A DNA stretch of 64,000 nucleotides, taken from NCBI GenBank assembly GCA_951406725.2, contig OX597834.1, forward strand, positions 1,426,001-1,490,000. The letters run 5' to 3'. Source of the stretch: Octopus vulgaris (Eukaryota). The notes beneath the pieces were generated by a model. The model ran no database searches. It was not told the origin of the DNA and saw only the letters and a program-made list of their open reading frames with translations. Positions 1 through 13,782 of the stretch are shown here, in pieces. Position numbers and translations under genes: made by a program. The number at the start of each line of letters is the position of its first letter. The stretch's first letter is position 1.

Positions 1-144
1 TGTGTGTGCGTGTGTGCGCGCGCGTCTATTTCCACCGATGCCGACTCCACTGAATGAGAAAATTAAGACGAAGTAAATTTCAATGAAATTCTAATAGAAA
101 CCATCAACCGTAACAAATGTTAATTGGATGCTAATTAGCGTTTT

Positions 145-192
<48 letters not shown>

Positions 193-412
193 TGTGTGTG
201 TGTGTTCTTGTTATTTTTTGTATGTTTGTTTAGATTGTTTTTGTTGTTGCTGCTGTTGATGCTGTTGATGCAGCGAGGCGGAGTGTAATTCTTTGCATGG
301 CAGAATTCATTCCCGCCTTAGTGTGTATGTGTGTGCGCGCGTATGTGTGTGTGCTTGAATGTTGATATATGTGCGTGTGTTTGAATGTTTATATATATAT
401 ATATATATATAC

Positions 413-475
<63 letters not shown>

Positions 476-540
476 TGTACGTGTGTCTGTAAGTGTGGGT
501 ATGTAATTTTCGTAGCAGACAATATATTCATCACGACGGT

Positions 541-566
541 ATATCATCATCGCCACCACCACCTTC

Positions 567-610
<44 letters not shown>

Positions 611-902
611 CCAGATTCGTCATCTGCATCATCTCTGTCATCATTACCAGCATTAGTATATTATCAGCAGAATCATTATCGCCATCATTATCGTCGTTAT
701 CATCACCACCACCACCATCCCCGTCATCACCACCACCACCATCCCCATCATCCTCACCACCACCACCATCCCCGTCATCCTCACCACCACCACCATCCCC
801 GTCATCCTCACCACCACCTCCATCCCCGTCATCATCAACACCACCTCCATCCCCGTCATCATCACCACCACCACCATCCCCGTCATCATCACCACCACCA
901 CC
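541..902. repeat. Composite (CAT/CAC/AAT)n microsatellite with ~24-bp unit CATCACCACCACCACCATCCCCGT
   Basis: Direct reading; the unit is repeated from ~701 to 900 and explains the His/Gly/Val ORFs. Confidence 0.9.
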
Positions 903-985
903 TTTGTCTCGATTCTTTTCTTCCATTTCTTTTATGAAATCAAAATTGAAAAAATATGGAATAAAACAAAATAAAATAAAATATA

Positions 986-1078
986 ATATGGAGTAGGATT
1001 CCTAGGCAACCGAATGAAAACAGCTGAAAGTATTTCTATAGGAGGACGAGTGGACAGGTCAGTGCAATCACCTGAGCA
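986..1078 (+). pseudogene. Possible tiny LINE AP-endonuclease fragment
   Basis: Translates YGVGFLGNRMKTAESISIGGRVDR, resembling the GVGFLV motif of RTE-type APE domains; very short. Confidence 0.3.
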
Positions 1079-1269
1079 AACATACACGCATACATACATA
1101 CACACACACACAAATACATACACGCATACATACACAAATACATACACGCATACATACATACAAACGCACATACATACATGCACACATACATACACACACA
1201 CATACTTACACACATACATACATACACACGCACATACATGCATACATACATACATGATAGATCGTTAAC

Positions 1270-1435
1270 CACTACACACATTTTTTCTCTCCTTGTTTTT
1301 TCTGTCCCTTTCTGTAGAAGAGCGTAGGCTCGAAACGTAAAATACTTTTTCTATTCTTGAGCGTTATACTAATACATCTGTTTGTTTTGTACACCACCTG
1401 CCTTCGTCTTTTGTTTTTTTCGTAAACTCTCCCGA
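1270..1435 (+). mobile_element. Penelope-like-element terminal-repeat fragment with hammerhead-like motif
   Basis: CTGTAGA-A-GAGC-gtag-GCTC-GAAA-CG-TA at 1312-1339; closely similar to 22620-22795. Confidence 0.6.
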
Positions 1436-1817
1436 CATACATACATACATACATACATACATACATACATCGAACGAGAAAGATTCCCCAAGGATTACAA
1501 GGCACTTAATAAAGCTCATCCGTCGATTGTATTGTTAAAGGCATGAAACTTTTTGTAGTAGCTCACATTTAAATACTATGTATATATGAAATAATTTACA
1601 TAGTATTTCACCGCATTGAGTACTTTTCTGTTGATCAACAAAACAGCACACGATGTGTGTGTCGGGTGGGGTGTATTCCATTATATAGCAAGAGAGAGCG
1701 AGACGGAGACAGAGACAGAGAGGGAGATAGACAGATAGACACCTACACCCACCCACACACACACAGATTTAGCGATAGATAAATAGAGAGAGAGGGGAGA
1801 GAGAGAAAGAAAAGGAA

Positions 1818-1920
<103 letters not shown>

Positions 1921-2118
1921 TGTTTAAGCGCCTAGTAGCGTTCGTGATATTCCTTTAAAGTTGACGAAAACTCAACGAATCACGTGATAACAAATTACTC
2001 TGTTATCAACCAGCATGACCGTCTAATTGAGTGAATGAACAACCTTCGAACTTGAAGTGGCATCAAACGGCATGTATACTTAGAGAATATATATTAGACT
2101 GGAGTGTTTAGATAAATA

Positions 2119-2157
<39 letters not shown>

Positions 2158-2332
2158 ATATGTTAGTGTGTGAGTATTTATATCTATCTATATTCTATGT
2201 TGCACAATTTTACTAACTGTATATGTACAGAAAGTTTCGTGCATGTACACACACACACACACACATACACTTATATGTGTGTGTGTTTCTTTCTGTGTGT
2301 GTGTATATATAAGGATAACTACGATCCATGTT

Positions 2333-2365
<33 letters not shown>

Positions 2366-3374
2366 GTATGTATATATAGAGAGACAGAGAGAGCGAGAGA
2401 AAGAGAGGGCGAGAGAGAGAGATATAGGTATATATATGTATGTACATATACACACATATATATATATATACATATATGCATTTATATATATATGTATACA
2501 TATATATACATATATATGCATATATATATATAAATATGTCTGTGTGTATGTATACATTATATATGTGTGTGCGTGTGTGTGTTAGCGGTTACAGTAACCG
2601 ACTAAGGGATAAGATATCCGTATATACTATCGGTATCCGTTACCCGTCTTATCCCCAGGCATTGGTTTGCAGGTACACCATACATGTGGAGTGCAGATAA
2701 CAACAGGATAAACAAAAGTTTATCAGGAACCAATGCAAATAATTAGAAAATGGAATATTAATTATGGATAACAATAAATCAGTGTAGCTTCAAAATGTAG
2801 TAGATTCCTGGCCCCTTATTGACATATGAATATCTGATGTGGGTGTGGGTTTGTGAGGCTCCACGTGGGATGCAGTTGAAGTATTGATTGTGTTGGGTGC
2901 AGGGCTGTGAGTGCGATAATTTGGATGTGATTGCCGCTATTTATATCAAACAAAATCTTGGAAAGATCTACAATGGCGAGACTCTTTTGCATAGTAAAGA
3001 ATTAGTCTTACCGGATCAAGTTCGAGTTTAGGTTAAAAGGAAGCACTGGGCAGATATACTATTTCTACTCCTTATACCATGAGAGAGCATATTTTCTCCA
3101 TGTTCTCTGAAGTGAAGTTGCTTTTCGGAGTTTTTCTTTTCGAGGGGGGGAGGCGAAAAGAAAGTAAAAAAATAGGTACAACGATCAAAATGGATCGAAA
3201 TCGTTGGGGATATATGCAAAAAATGTCGAAATAGTACAAAGAGTTCCCAAAAAATGGGAAGGTTTATCTGTGGAAAGAAAATCATACGAAAAGACCACAG
3301 TAACCTCGGGCAATTACGTCACACATTAACATGTATATACAAATAAGTAACCCTCTGTATTAAATTTTTACGGT

Positions 3375-5616
3375 TCATAGGCTCATGTTCGAGGTGGCTT
3401 CGTCATTCATACGTGCCATTCTTGCTACATTTACCCATCTTTTGAAACAGTCGCTAAACAAAACTTCCCTCTCTACTCTCACTTTCCTTTTCAAGTGATA
3501 CTTGAAGAAGTTGATGAGAGATCGACAAGAGAGGAAAGTGTTTGTCTCTAATCCTTTCAGACGCGTCCACCAGATACATTCTTTCGCCATAGCCACAAGT
3601 ATTATAAAAATACCTCTTCCTTCCCGTTTGAAAGAAGGAGGCGTGACGATATTGACGATAGACTCGGCTGATAAACCGACTCGTCCCACACGTGAAAGCA
3701 GTCGTTCGACATAAGCCCACAGGTTGGAAATGGTTGGACACTGCACAAGTGCGTGCAGAACGGTTTCGACGCCATCCAGCCGCGGAATATGGGACCGAAG
3801 CCGGCCGCTATGAGGACAGCCTCCAAGTATCGATGGTCTACCCTATTGGAAGCTTTAGATTGATCCAAATTGATCAGCGCCCCACCCATGCCAGGTTCCT
3901 TAGCTACCCTGTCTATGATGTAGCGCATCAGATGGAGGTTGTTGTGGATGCTCCGGCCCAGCACGGCGCACGTTTGCGCCTTGTCGACCAGTTTCTCGAT
4001 GACAAGTGCCAACCTCTTGGCTAACACATTGGCCAAAAGTTTCAAGTCTGCATTGAGCAGAGTGATTGGCCTATAGTTATCTATAATGTCCCCCTTGTTT
4101 AGATCTTTCTTTAGCAGGGTTACGGCTCCTCGGCTCACAAAACTGGGTATGCTTCCGTTCTGCTGCCAGTTGCAGTACACCACTGCTAAGACGTCTCCAA
4201 ACAAGTCTGGCATACAATTGTAAAGTTCGTAGAGCAGACCATCCAAACCCGGTGATTTGTCCCTTGAGCATCCTGCCATCGCATCCCTCACTTCCGCTGC
4301 CGTGATGGCACCTTCGCAGCACTCCGCCTCTCTTGTCGAGAGTCGTGGCAGGAGTCCAACCTGGAGTCCAACCTGCGTTCTCGCTCGCCACTCCTCCCTA
4401 ACAGTCGGGCAAAATGCTGCTGAAACGCCTCGCACATCTTGCTCGGCTCGAGCAACTCGCGTCCCTGTTCATCTACCAGGGAACGAATGGTGGCTTTGTT
4501 GCCCCGTTGCACCTCCACCACCTGGGCCTCTCTCGCAGCTCCAACACCTTCCATACTTAGAGCACGCATCCTAGCCCTGAAAGCACACCTTTCGTGTTTG
4601 GCGTTGAAGTGTTGGTCGAGGGCCAACCTCGCCGCCAAAACGTCGGATGTGATGTCGCTTCTTATTGCCTCTTCTAACTTGTTAACTAGCTCATCCTCAA
4701 CTCTATTTCTATCTATGGCTAGTGCCTTGCTATACCTAATGGCTTCTGCTTTTACTGCTCTCTTGAGGGCAAACCACCATTTGTTGTTGATGATGGCTCC
4801 CGTCAAAGCCCTCTTTACTAGTGTGCTAATTCGGTTTCTGAAAACCTGTCTCGATGGGAAAGACGCGTTCAATTTCCAGTAACTGGGACCCTGCCTATGT
4901 GCCTTATCTAATTCTAGCGTACACGTCACAAGTTTGTGATCTGTGTAGCTGACTATGTGGAACTGTGGCCATCCTAAGCTATCCCTATCTGCTGTCCTGC
5001 ATAGTATCCTATCTAGATACGATCTCGACGACCCAATGCGGTTGCTCCATGTCCACGTTGGCACATTTGGATAGTCGAGTCGGTACCTGTCAGAAAGTTG
5101 AAAGCGTCTGAGCAGGTCTCTGAGGCATTTACATCCCCGTCTATTTTCGTCTCTTCCCACGTAGTCTAGATGCGTGTCCAAGATAGCATTCCAATCCCCC
5201 ACTAAAAGTAAAGGACGAGACGTTCCCAGAAATACTTTTAGACGTCGAAAGAGATCCGGCCGACCTGTTAAAGGCGGTGCATAGATTGCCAGGAGTCGAA
5301 AATCGCACCCATCGCTGCCGTCGACATCCAGGACAACCAGTCTACCCTCCGGGTCTACGAATATCTTCTTCACTTCGAGATCCAGACTCTTGCGAAAAAG
5401 TACCACCGTGCCACTACCGCCCATTCTTGGCAGACAGGGAGAAAAATATATGTTAAACTCTCCGCCAAACATGGACTTTAGGGCCCGTGGTTCATGGAGT
5501 CTGGTCTTACTTATTGCTATGATTCCCAAATTATGTGACTCGATGTCATTTAAAAGGTACCCTTGTTTCCAAGGGGACCCCAAGCCACGCGCATTCACAC
5601 AACCAATCTTGACCAT
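3375..5616 (-). pseudogene. Tx1-like ORF2 (APE + truncated RT + C-terminal domain)
   Basis: MVKIGCVNARGL...LLVGDWN...SRSYLDRI...TDH (APE); KSPGLDGL, NYRPITLLNADLK, LDQSKASNRVDH (RT N-half); ETVLHALVQCP C-terminus; frameshift near 4350-4435; RT core absent. Confidence 0.88.
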
Positions 5617-5665
5617 GATCCTATTGAGTTGTGTGCTTTAAAACACAAGCGAAAGGAAAGGAGAG

Positions 5666-7342
5666 TTACTTACCTTTCGAAAGATTTGTCTCATCCTTTG
5701 ATTTTTCATCAAGGAGGCTGTTATACATTTTTTTGCATAAATATTTATGACATCCCCCTACCGCATTGGGATAGAGGGACTTTAGAGTGTGGTGCAATGT
5801 TGGTGATATGTGATAAATTTTTATGTGTTCTGGTGGTGTTGTGTGTGGGTGGTTGTTCGTTTTAATGTCGTTTTCTGTAATGTTTGTGTTTGTGTTGATA
5901 TATTTCATCAACTCTGTGTTTTTGGTGTCTATGGCTGTGAGCATATTCTTTGTATATATTTTTGTGGCGTTGATATTGTTTGTAGTAGGGTTTGAGATGT
6001 CTTCAGGAGATGTATATTTCCCTGCTTTGTTTGCGTTTGTATTGGATTTTGTTCTTTTTTTTTGCTCCTTTTCCTCCTTCCTTTTCTGGCTATTTGCCAT
6101 TCCTCAGTGCTTTCGTCTTCCGACGAAATTTCCGAGGAATCGGAAAGGGGTAGGAGCATGTTGTAGGCTTCAATGTGTGTTTGTGTAATTGGTTCTGTTG
6201 TTGTTTTCGTTGGTGTTGGATGTTGACTACTTGTGTGTGGTGTGTGTGATGTGGAGGAAGGGGAATCAGTTTTTGTATTGTCTTTTGGTTTTACTGTTTC
6301 TTTAGTTCTTGCTGTTGGTGGTGTTTATTCAGATGTTCTTGTATGTTCATTTGTTGGTGTTAGCGGGTTTAGTTTTGTACTCCCTTTGTTTGTCCTCTGT
6401 GCTGATGGTGACTTTTTCCTTGTTGTGGTTGTTGTTCTTGTTCTGGTTTTTGTTGTTGTTTTTTTGCTGTTGGGCAATCATTTTTGAGGTGTTCCTCGCT
6501 GCTACACAAGTAACAGCGAGGCCTCCTACCCTCTACCACCACGTAAAAGAAATTGCCGTCTAGCAGCTCAATTTGGTGGAGGATGTTATTGATTTGGTTT
6601 TGATCAATTTGCATCAATAACTCAACCATTTTCCCCGACCATTTCTTTTCCTCCAAGGAGGCATATTCAAGAATATTTATATTCTCCTCCATTTTGTAGC
6701 AAATGGATGACAACAGCCATTGTGATTCTATTTCTGGAGGGACATTGTTAATCGAAATTTTGGTCACGCGTTGACCGAGGTAGGTCGGAATTAAAATTAG
6801 TTTTTCCGACTGTAATGTGAGCGTTGAAAGTTCTTTCGCTCTTTCTTCGCTGTCGAAGCGAACTTGTATAGTGGCATATTTATTTCCCCAATTTAAATAA
6901 TTCTTGTAGGCCCATATTGGCCGTAAAAATGAGTTCTGGTTGTGCTTGTTCTGGTCTGCGTGTTTTTGCATTTAAGACTTTATATATCATTGTTTTCTTT
7001 TGTGTGTTGTTTATGATGTTTTGTGGTATATATATGTAAGCGTAGATGTGAACCTTCTTCAGTTAACAGGGCTTTTGTTTGTTTTATTTGTTCTGTTGTG
7101 AAGTGTAATATCGTCTTTTTTCGTTTTAATGCTTGTGCAAAATAGGGTTTGGTGGTAGTGTTGGTGGCAGAGGTGTCACTTGTAGTAGTTGAGGTTGTAG
7201 TAATGGTGTTATTGTTGGCAGTTATTGTACACGGCAAAACGACGATATCGTTGTTGTTGTTGTTGTTGTTGATGGTGGTGATGGTGGTGGTGGTGGTGGT
7301 GACAGGGCTGTTAACGAAAGTGGTTGCAGCGTTCACTTCCAC
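5666..7342 (-). pseudogene. Tx1-like ORF1 (gag-like, zinc knuckle), broken
   Basis: GRRPRCYLCSSEEHLKNDC = CX2CX4HX4C in ORF 6369-6971; split over several ORFs directly upstream of ORF2. Confidence 0.8.
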
Positions 7343-7640
7343 GAACTCAGGTTTGTCTTTGATGTCTTGCTGGTCATGTATGTTCTATTCGAATGTGTGT
7401 GCGTGCAGGAATTCTTTTTTTCTCATAGCGTTTCAAGGCTAGGGAAATGCTGGTCCATGAAGGAATTTGACCAGCGTTCGACAATAAAATCTCTCAACAT
7501 TTTTCAATGTCGAGAAGAAAAACACTAAGATGAAAGTTGGGTGCTTTACACACCATTTTTACAAAAAGGTACACAAAATGAGGGCTATATATAGTCAAAA
7601 TAAACGATTACCTTCGGAGCCGATGTGACAACACGTCAGT

Positions 7641-7829
<189 letters not shown>

Positions 7830-8030
7830 GGCTAGCTGTAGACAATGACCCATAAAAGTATCTTCACAACTAAGCGAGGAATTGCAGGCTTTGTTCCTGG
7901 TTGAGGAGTTTAAAGTTTCATCGTCTACTGTTTAGAGTTCGAAAGAAAATTCTGCTTCAAATGTGTTGCTTGTTTTTACATCTGTGTGTGCGTATGTAGG
8001 TAGGTATCTATGTATCTATGTATTTATGTA

Positions 8031-8172
8031 TTTTTCAATGTCGAGAAGAAAAACACTAAGATGAAAGTTGGGTGCTTTACACACCATTTTTACAAAAAGG
8101 TACACAAAATGAGGGCTATATATAGTCAAAATAAACGATTACCTTCGGAGCCGATGTGACAACACGTCAGTC

Positions 8173-8254
<82 letters not shown>

Positions 8255-8420
8255 CACATTCGAATAGAACATACATGACCAGCAAGACATCAAAGACAAA
8301 CCTGAGTTCGTGGAAGTGAACGCTGCAACCACTTTCGTTAACAGCCCTGTCACCACCACCACCACCACCATCACCACCATCAACAACAACAATAACAACA
8401 ACGATATCGTCGTTTTGCCG
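8031..8420. mobile_element. Rearranged duplicate of the Tx1 5' region (direct copy, (GATA)n, inverted copy)
   Basis: 8031-8172 equals 7500-7641; 8255-8420 is the reverse complement of ~7232-7398. Confidence 0.9.
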
Positions 8421-8559
8421 TATGCAGACACACACACACACACATATATATATGTATATGTTTGTATGTGTATATGTATGCTTACACATACACACATATA
8501 TATATATTTCTTTATATGTGTATATCTGTGTATGTATGTGTGTGTTTGTATGCATTTAT

Positions 8560-8640
<81 letters not shown>

Positions 8641-8857
8641 AAAAGCAATAAAGATTCAAGTCAATTTTAATGAATTTACTTGAATATGGTACCTAACTTA
8701 GATGCACCTAACTTAGGACACGTTTATATGCTGCAATTTTTGCAACTTTTAATAAAGCCTGTCTTTGTATGAAACGATTGTACTAAAAACTTATCCATTC
8801 TTGTTGCTTCTTTCTCGCGTATATATATATATATATATTATATATATATGAATATAT

Positions 8858-9379
8858 AGACTTGGACGCTATACACACGCCAAGAGCGTTGCCTAAACAT
8901 CTTTCACCTGCGCTGCCTCCGGAAAATCCTCCGCATCAAATGGCAGAACCATATCCCCAACAAAGATGTCCTCAGGCAAGCAGGAATACCAAGCATGTTT
9001 GCACTCCTCACACAAAGACGTATGAGATGGCTTGGGCATGTTAGCCGTATGAAAGATGGCAGAATCCCCAAGGACATACTCTACGGAGAGCTTGCTAGGG
9101 GTACTAGGTCTGTGGGTAGACCGCTCTTACGTTACAAGGATGTTTGCAAAAGGGACATGAAGGCCTGCAACATCAATATTAGCGGTTGGGAGGCAGTTGC
9201 CGGCAACCGTGGAGACTGGCGACGTACCGTAAAAGAGGGAACACAAAGGAGTGACATAGAGGGAGAGGAGAAATGGAAAGACAAGAAAAGACGTCAACAA
9301 GAAAGTATGACATTACAACCAGCCAGGCAAAGTCTTCGCTACATTTGCGGTACCTGCCAGAGGGAGTGTTTGTCCAGGT
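8858..9379 (+). mobile_element. RTE-clade LINE 3' fragment
   Basis: FHLRCLRKILRIKWQ...RRMRWLGHVSRMKDGRIPKDILYGEL...GRPLLRYKD, then YICGTC. Confidence 0.88.
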
Positions 9380-9938
9380 GTTTGGTCTTTGTTGAAGCTT
9401 TTCTCATCAGAGAAGAACACATGCTTAGCAAGTTCGTGAGAGTTTCTGACCGTATTAAGAAACGGATTGAACGGTTTTCCTGTGTCATTGCAGACGTGAA
9501 TTTGTCCCTCTTCAGTGTATACGGATCGTGGTGAAAGTCGTACGCCACAGGTCTGATAGTACACTCTGGTATCTGAAATTCTTTGACAATGGTCATCGAT
9601 TTTCCGGACTCATCAACGATGACATTTTGAACCAGGTGGACGTGTTGCGATGTCATGATATCGACCGAAAGTTTGGAATTTTTTTCCTCATCGATACAAG
9701 TAAAACATTCTTTCCAGGGGCTTCTAATTCCACCAAAACTTGCAACATTTAGAAAGTTGACAATTTCTGAATCGCTGTGTTTCTGCACATAGGACCACAA
9801 TGACTGCATGGCTTTTCGTTTTTTGTGTTAGCGTTTCATTCGACATAAGGTATCCCCAAAAAATAAAACCCTTGTAACTGATTTGAAGAGAGTTATATAC
9901 TGATAATGAAGTCAGATGGAATACACCAGGCCCCTGTG
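9380..9938 (-). mobile_element. Tc1/mariner-superfamily transposon, 5' part
   Basis: HTH-like N-terminus (SDSEIVNFLNVA) and FFSDEKSF first catalytic-Asp motif; truncated at the RTE junction. Confidence 0.65.
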
Positions 9939-9955
9939 TATATATATATATATAT

Positions 9956-10008
<53 letters not shown>

Positions 10009-10185
10009 GCATGTGTGTGAGTATGAAGGTGTGTATGTGTGTGTGAGCGTATTTTATTTATGGGTTAACACGGCAACCAACAGTTTTATGCCAAAAGATC
10101 TTCACACTTATGCTAAACTGCCACATGGAAATGTTGGTACTCGTCTCCATTTTGGATGAGTATATATATATATATATATACATAT

Positions 10186-10415
10186 CTTTTATCTCCTATC
10201 TTTTATTTGTTTCAGTCATTAGACTGCGGCCATGCTGGGGCATCATCTTGAAGAAATTTTAGTCCAATGAATCGCTCTCGGTACTTTTATTTTTTTTTAG
10301 TCTGGTACTTATTGTATCGGTCTCTTTACCGAACCGCTAAGTTACGGGGACGCAAACACACCAGCATCGTTTTCCAGCTGTGGTGGGAGACAAACACGCC
10401 CACATATACACGCGC

Positions 10416-10480
<65 letters not shown>

Positions 10481-10634
10481 CGAAGTGCTTCTTTCAGTTT
10501 CCGTCTACCAAATCCTCTCACAAGACTTTGGTTGGTCCGATCCAATATTAGTAGACACTTGCCCAAGGTGCCACGCAGTGGGACCGAATCCTAAACGATG
10601 TGGTTGGGAAGCAAGCTTCTTACCACACAGCCAC
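10186..10634 (-). mobile_element. tRNA-derived SINE, family A
   Basis: A box GTGGCTGTGTGGTAAG and B-box-like GATTCGGTCCC; internal (TA)n(TG)n; homologous to copies at 25181, 29013 and 59858. Confidence 0.88.
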
Positions 10635-10873
10635 ATGTATATATATGAGTGTGTTTAGAAAGAGAAGCGGAGCGACGGGCAAAGTTTGATGACAAATAAA
10701 CGGAATATATTGAAACATAAACAATAGTTCAAATATATTGTTCTGAGATTCTCTGTAAGAATTCCAGCGTTTAACATCTCCACCCGAATGTAATTGTGAC
10801 ACTTTATATTTCCACAGCTTGTATGATACATTTAATAGTTTTAATATGAGAGAAAGATATCTTTCAGAGGTCT

Positions 10874-11258
10874 ATGGTGGTGGTGGTGGTGAGGTGGTGG
10901 TGGTGATGGTGGCACGGGTGGTGGTGGTGGTGGAGGTGGTGGTGGTGGTGGTGGTGGTGGTGGTGGTGGTGGTGGTGGTGGTGGTGGTGGTGGGCACAGG
11001 TGGTGGTGGTGGTGGTGGTGGTGGTGGCACTGGTGGTGGCATTGGTGGTGGTGGTGGTGATGGTGGTGGTGGTGGTGGTGGTGGTGGTGGTGGTGGTGGT
11101 GGTGGTGGTGGTGGCACTGGTGGTGGTGGTGGTGGTGGTGATGATGGTGGTGGTGATGGTGGTGGTGGTGGTGGTGGTGGTGGTGGTGGTGGTGGTGGTG
11201 GCACTGGTGGTGGTGGCACTGGTGGTGGTGGTGGTGGTGGTGGCACTGGTGGTGGTGA
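10874..11258. repeat. (GGT)n microsatellite with GGCACT/GAT interruptions
   Basis: Direct reading. Confidence 0.95.
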
Positions 11259-11261
11259 TCT

Positions 11262-11447
11262 GGCGGCGGCGATGTTTTCCAACTCCGTAACGTTCTCATC
11301 GAATTCTGGGAATGTTTTAAGACGCCAGAATTTTAATAAGTAATCGGGGAAATGACGACAATCTTCGAATGTCTCGTGTTGCTTCCCACTCATTGAGATA
11401 TTCTGGTCACGGCAAGAGAAAATAGCATTAACGATCGTTTTTAACAA
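11262..11447 (-). pseudogene. Possible hAT/ZMYM-like (DUF4371-type) transposase remnant
   Basis: LKTIVNAIFSCRDQNISMSG resembles the IV.AI.FCGRQNIALRGH motif, followed by LLKF..EFD..L. Confidence 0.45.
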
Positions 11448-13580
11448 ATAGAGATGGATGGATGTTTATCAAAGATCCTATGATAGAACCGATACACCTG
11501 CTAGACATAGCAGCTAAATTTTTTCATGTCATAGTTTAGAATTATAAAGAAGGGACACATTGGTCTATGCAGTTGACGTAACTCGGTTGAGATCCATAAA
11601 ATTCCAAACCGCCCCCTCAATCAACACTGACTATGAGTTAAACAATATAGATTTGGTTTATTTTATTCCACGGTCACTAAAAACTTTGTTGGAATATTTT
11701 CACTAAAAAGAGGCTTGCATAATTATTTTATCTAATCTGTTTGTACCAATTAGTATTGATCAAGCATCAGTTTATGCATCTTTCTAGTATACTGAGATTT
11801 TCGAATTAATATGAATATTTGACCATGTGATACAGCGGACCTCAACAAAACGTTAACATTTGTAGATGATGACTCAACTGTTTTATATCGTAGACTTCCC
11901 TTCCATAAAAGTGAGATGATTGTCGTGTAAGTCAGTTTGATCAGAGATAGAAAAAAAAACCTCTCAGAAGATTAGTCTAGTAGTGGTCTGTTTATATCAA
12001 AACTGCATTCTATGATTTAAAGTTAATATTAATTAAACTGGTACAGCATTCAGGGAAGATATTTCTGGCGTTTCGGACGAAATTACTTCGTCTAGGGAAA
12101 GTTTTAGTGCATCTCATTGAGAGTGAAAGGAAATGCACTTTAATATGTACCGGGTGTTAAATATAAAACACAAGTTGCTCTTGATATTCGGTAATATCGT
12201 TTGCTAATTTATCGATTTACATTTCCACCACTTTCTATCATGTTTTTATTCTATGATCAGTTTTCTCACAACTGTTTACAAAGGGATACTCGCTGATAAC
12301 ATTCACCATATTAAAAACGATATCTCACATTCTCAGGGAAAGAAAAAACTTCTTTGTCATTGCTTGACCAACTAGAACTCGAAAGCGAGTCCTCCTCCGA
12401 TCACACTCAATTCTTAATGCGTGCAGGACGCAGCTGGAATAATTGTGACTGTAGGTTTCTCTCGACTAACATCAACTTGGTACGAAGTAACATCGAACCC
12501 AGGTGATGATCAGTCTCTAGACGTGTGTAAAGTGACTAACAGATGCTACACTCATTTCTACCAGTCCACATCGTTTTTCTACCAACAAAAATCATTTTAA
12601 GAATTTCTGCTGCACCGTATCTCCAACTTTCCTAACTTAGCTAATACGATTTAAATACGATTTTCTTACAGTTGATATCGGTAATGACTCGGCTAAAATA
12701 TTCTTATTACCGCATCACAATATCCAGTGAATCATAATGTCAGCCATATTGCTTGTGTGTCGCCTCAGTGTCTAGACAATACAAATTAACGGTACACCTC
12801 TGTCTTTATAATTATTTATAAAACAACTCATTCGATTAGCAATCTCATTTCCTATAAATCAAATACAAAATTTTATTCTCGAAATCCAGGCTTTGTTAAT
12901 TATTTTTACAGAAATATCTCCATCAAATATTGTTGTTACTGCAATATGGATGACGTAAAGCGACCAGTGAACAGCGGTATTTGTACACATAAGCTGAATC
13001 GTCATTCTATAAAATACAGTACAAGACTTTTAGTTAGTATTTCATCTCTCCGTTGACGTTCTCTACTCCAGTATGACAGCCTCAACTGCCACCTGGCGTT
13101 GCAACTTTGAAAGAAATTCTCTCTCTCTTTTTCTCTTCTCCCTCTCTCTTTCTCTTCTCCCTCTCTCTTTTTCTCTTCTCTATTCTCTCTCACTTTCTCT
13201 TCTCTCTCTCTTTCTCTTCTCTCTCTCTTTTTCTTCTCTCTCTCTCTCTCTCTCTCTCTCTTGAGTTCAGTCAAAGCTTTATGGCCACGCTGGAGCACAG
13301 CCTTCAGGGTCTTTGCTTATAGTATCGGGACAAGGTCATATTTCAGTGTGGTGATTATTATACCTATCTCAGTTTATCGAAGAAGCAGGCACCGACCTAA
13401 CGTTTCCAACTAATAAAGATAAACACTAGCACAATCACACAGTGAATGTGTGTGTGTGTGTATGTGTGTGTGTGTGTGTGTGTGTATATAAGAAATAATT
13501 GAGATTCAGTTGAATTAGATACTTAAGTTGAGGCAGCAAGTCAGTCCGGTATTATCGGAACACCTCGAAGGTGAATAAAA

Positions 13581-13690
13581 TCAAAATAAGCAACAGGATA
13601 TCAAGTAGTGATGCAGTACGACCGTTTCAAGCGATGCAATTAAACGGAATCGCTTGAAACGGTCTTACTTGATATCCTGTTGCTTATTTT

Positions 13691-13692
<2 letters not shown>
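13581..13692. repeat. Fold-back inverted repeat with GAAACGGTC hammerhead halves
   Basis: tcaaaataagcaacaggatatcaagta..gaccgtttcaagcgat pairs with atcgcttgaaacggtc.tacttgatatcctgttgcttattttga. Confidence 0.88.

Positions 13693-13782
<90 letters not shown>

Noticed and set aside
359-937. His-rich protein-like ORF
   Set aside because: Composite microsatellite with no splice or codon evidence
2586-2660. Hairpin gggataaga..tcttatccc as a hammerhead
   Set aside because: Core CUGANGA and GAAA are absent
10819-11343. Gly/His/Pro/Val-rich ORFs
   Set aside because: (GGT)n is open in many frames on both strands
11460-13000. Host exons in microsatellite-free sequence (also 20400-21200 and 61730-62780)
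   Set aside because: No convincing ORF, motif or splice pair; probably ancient TE debris
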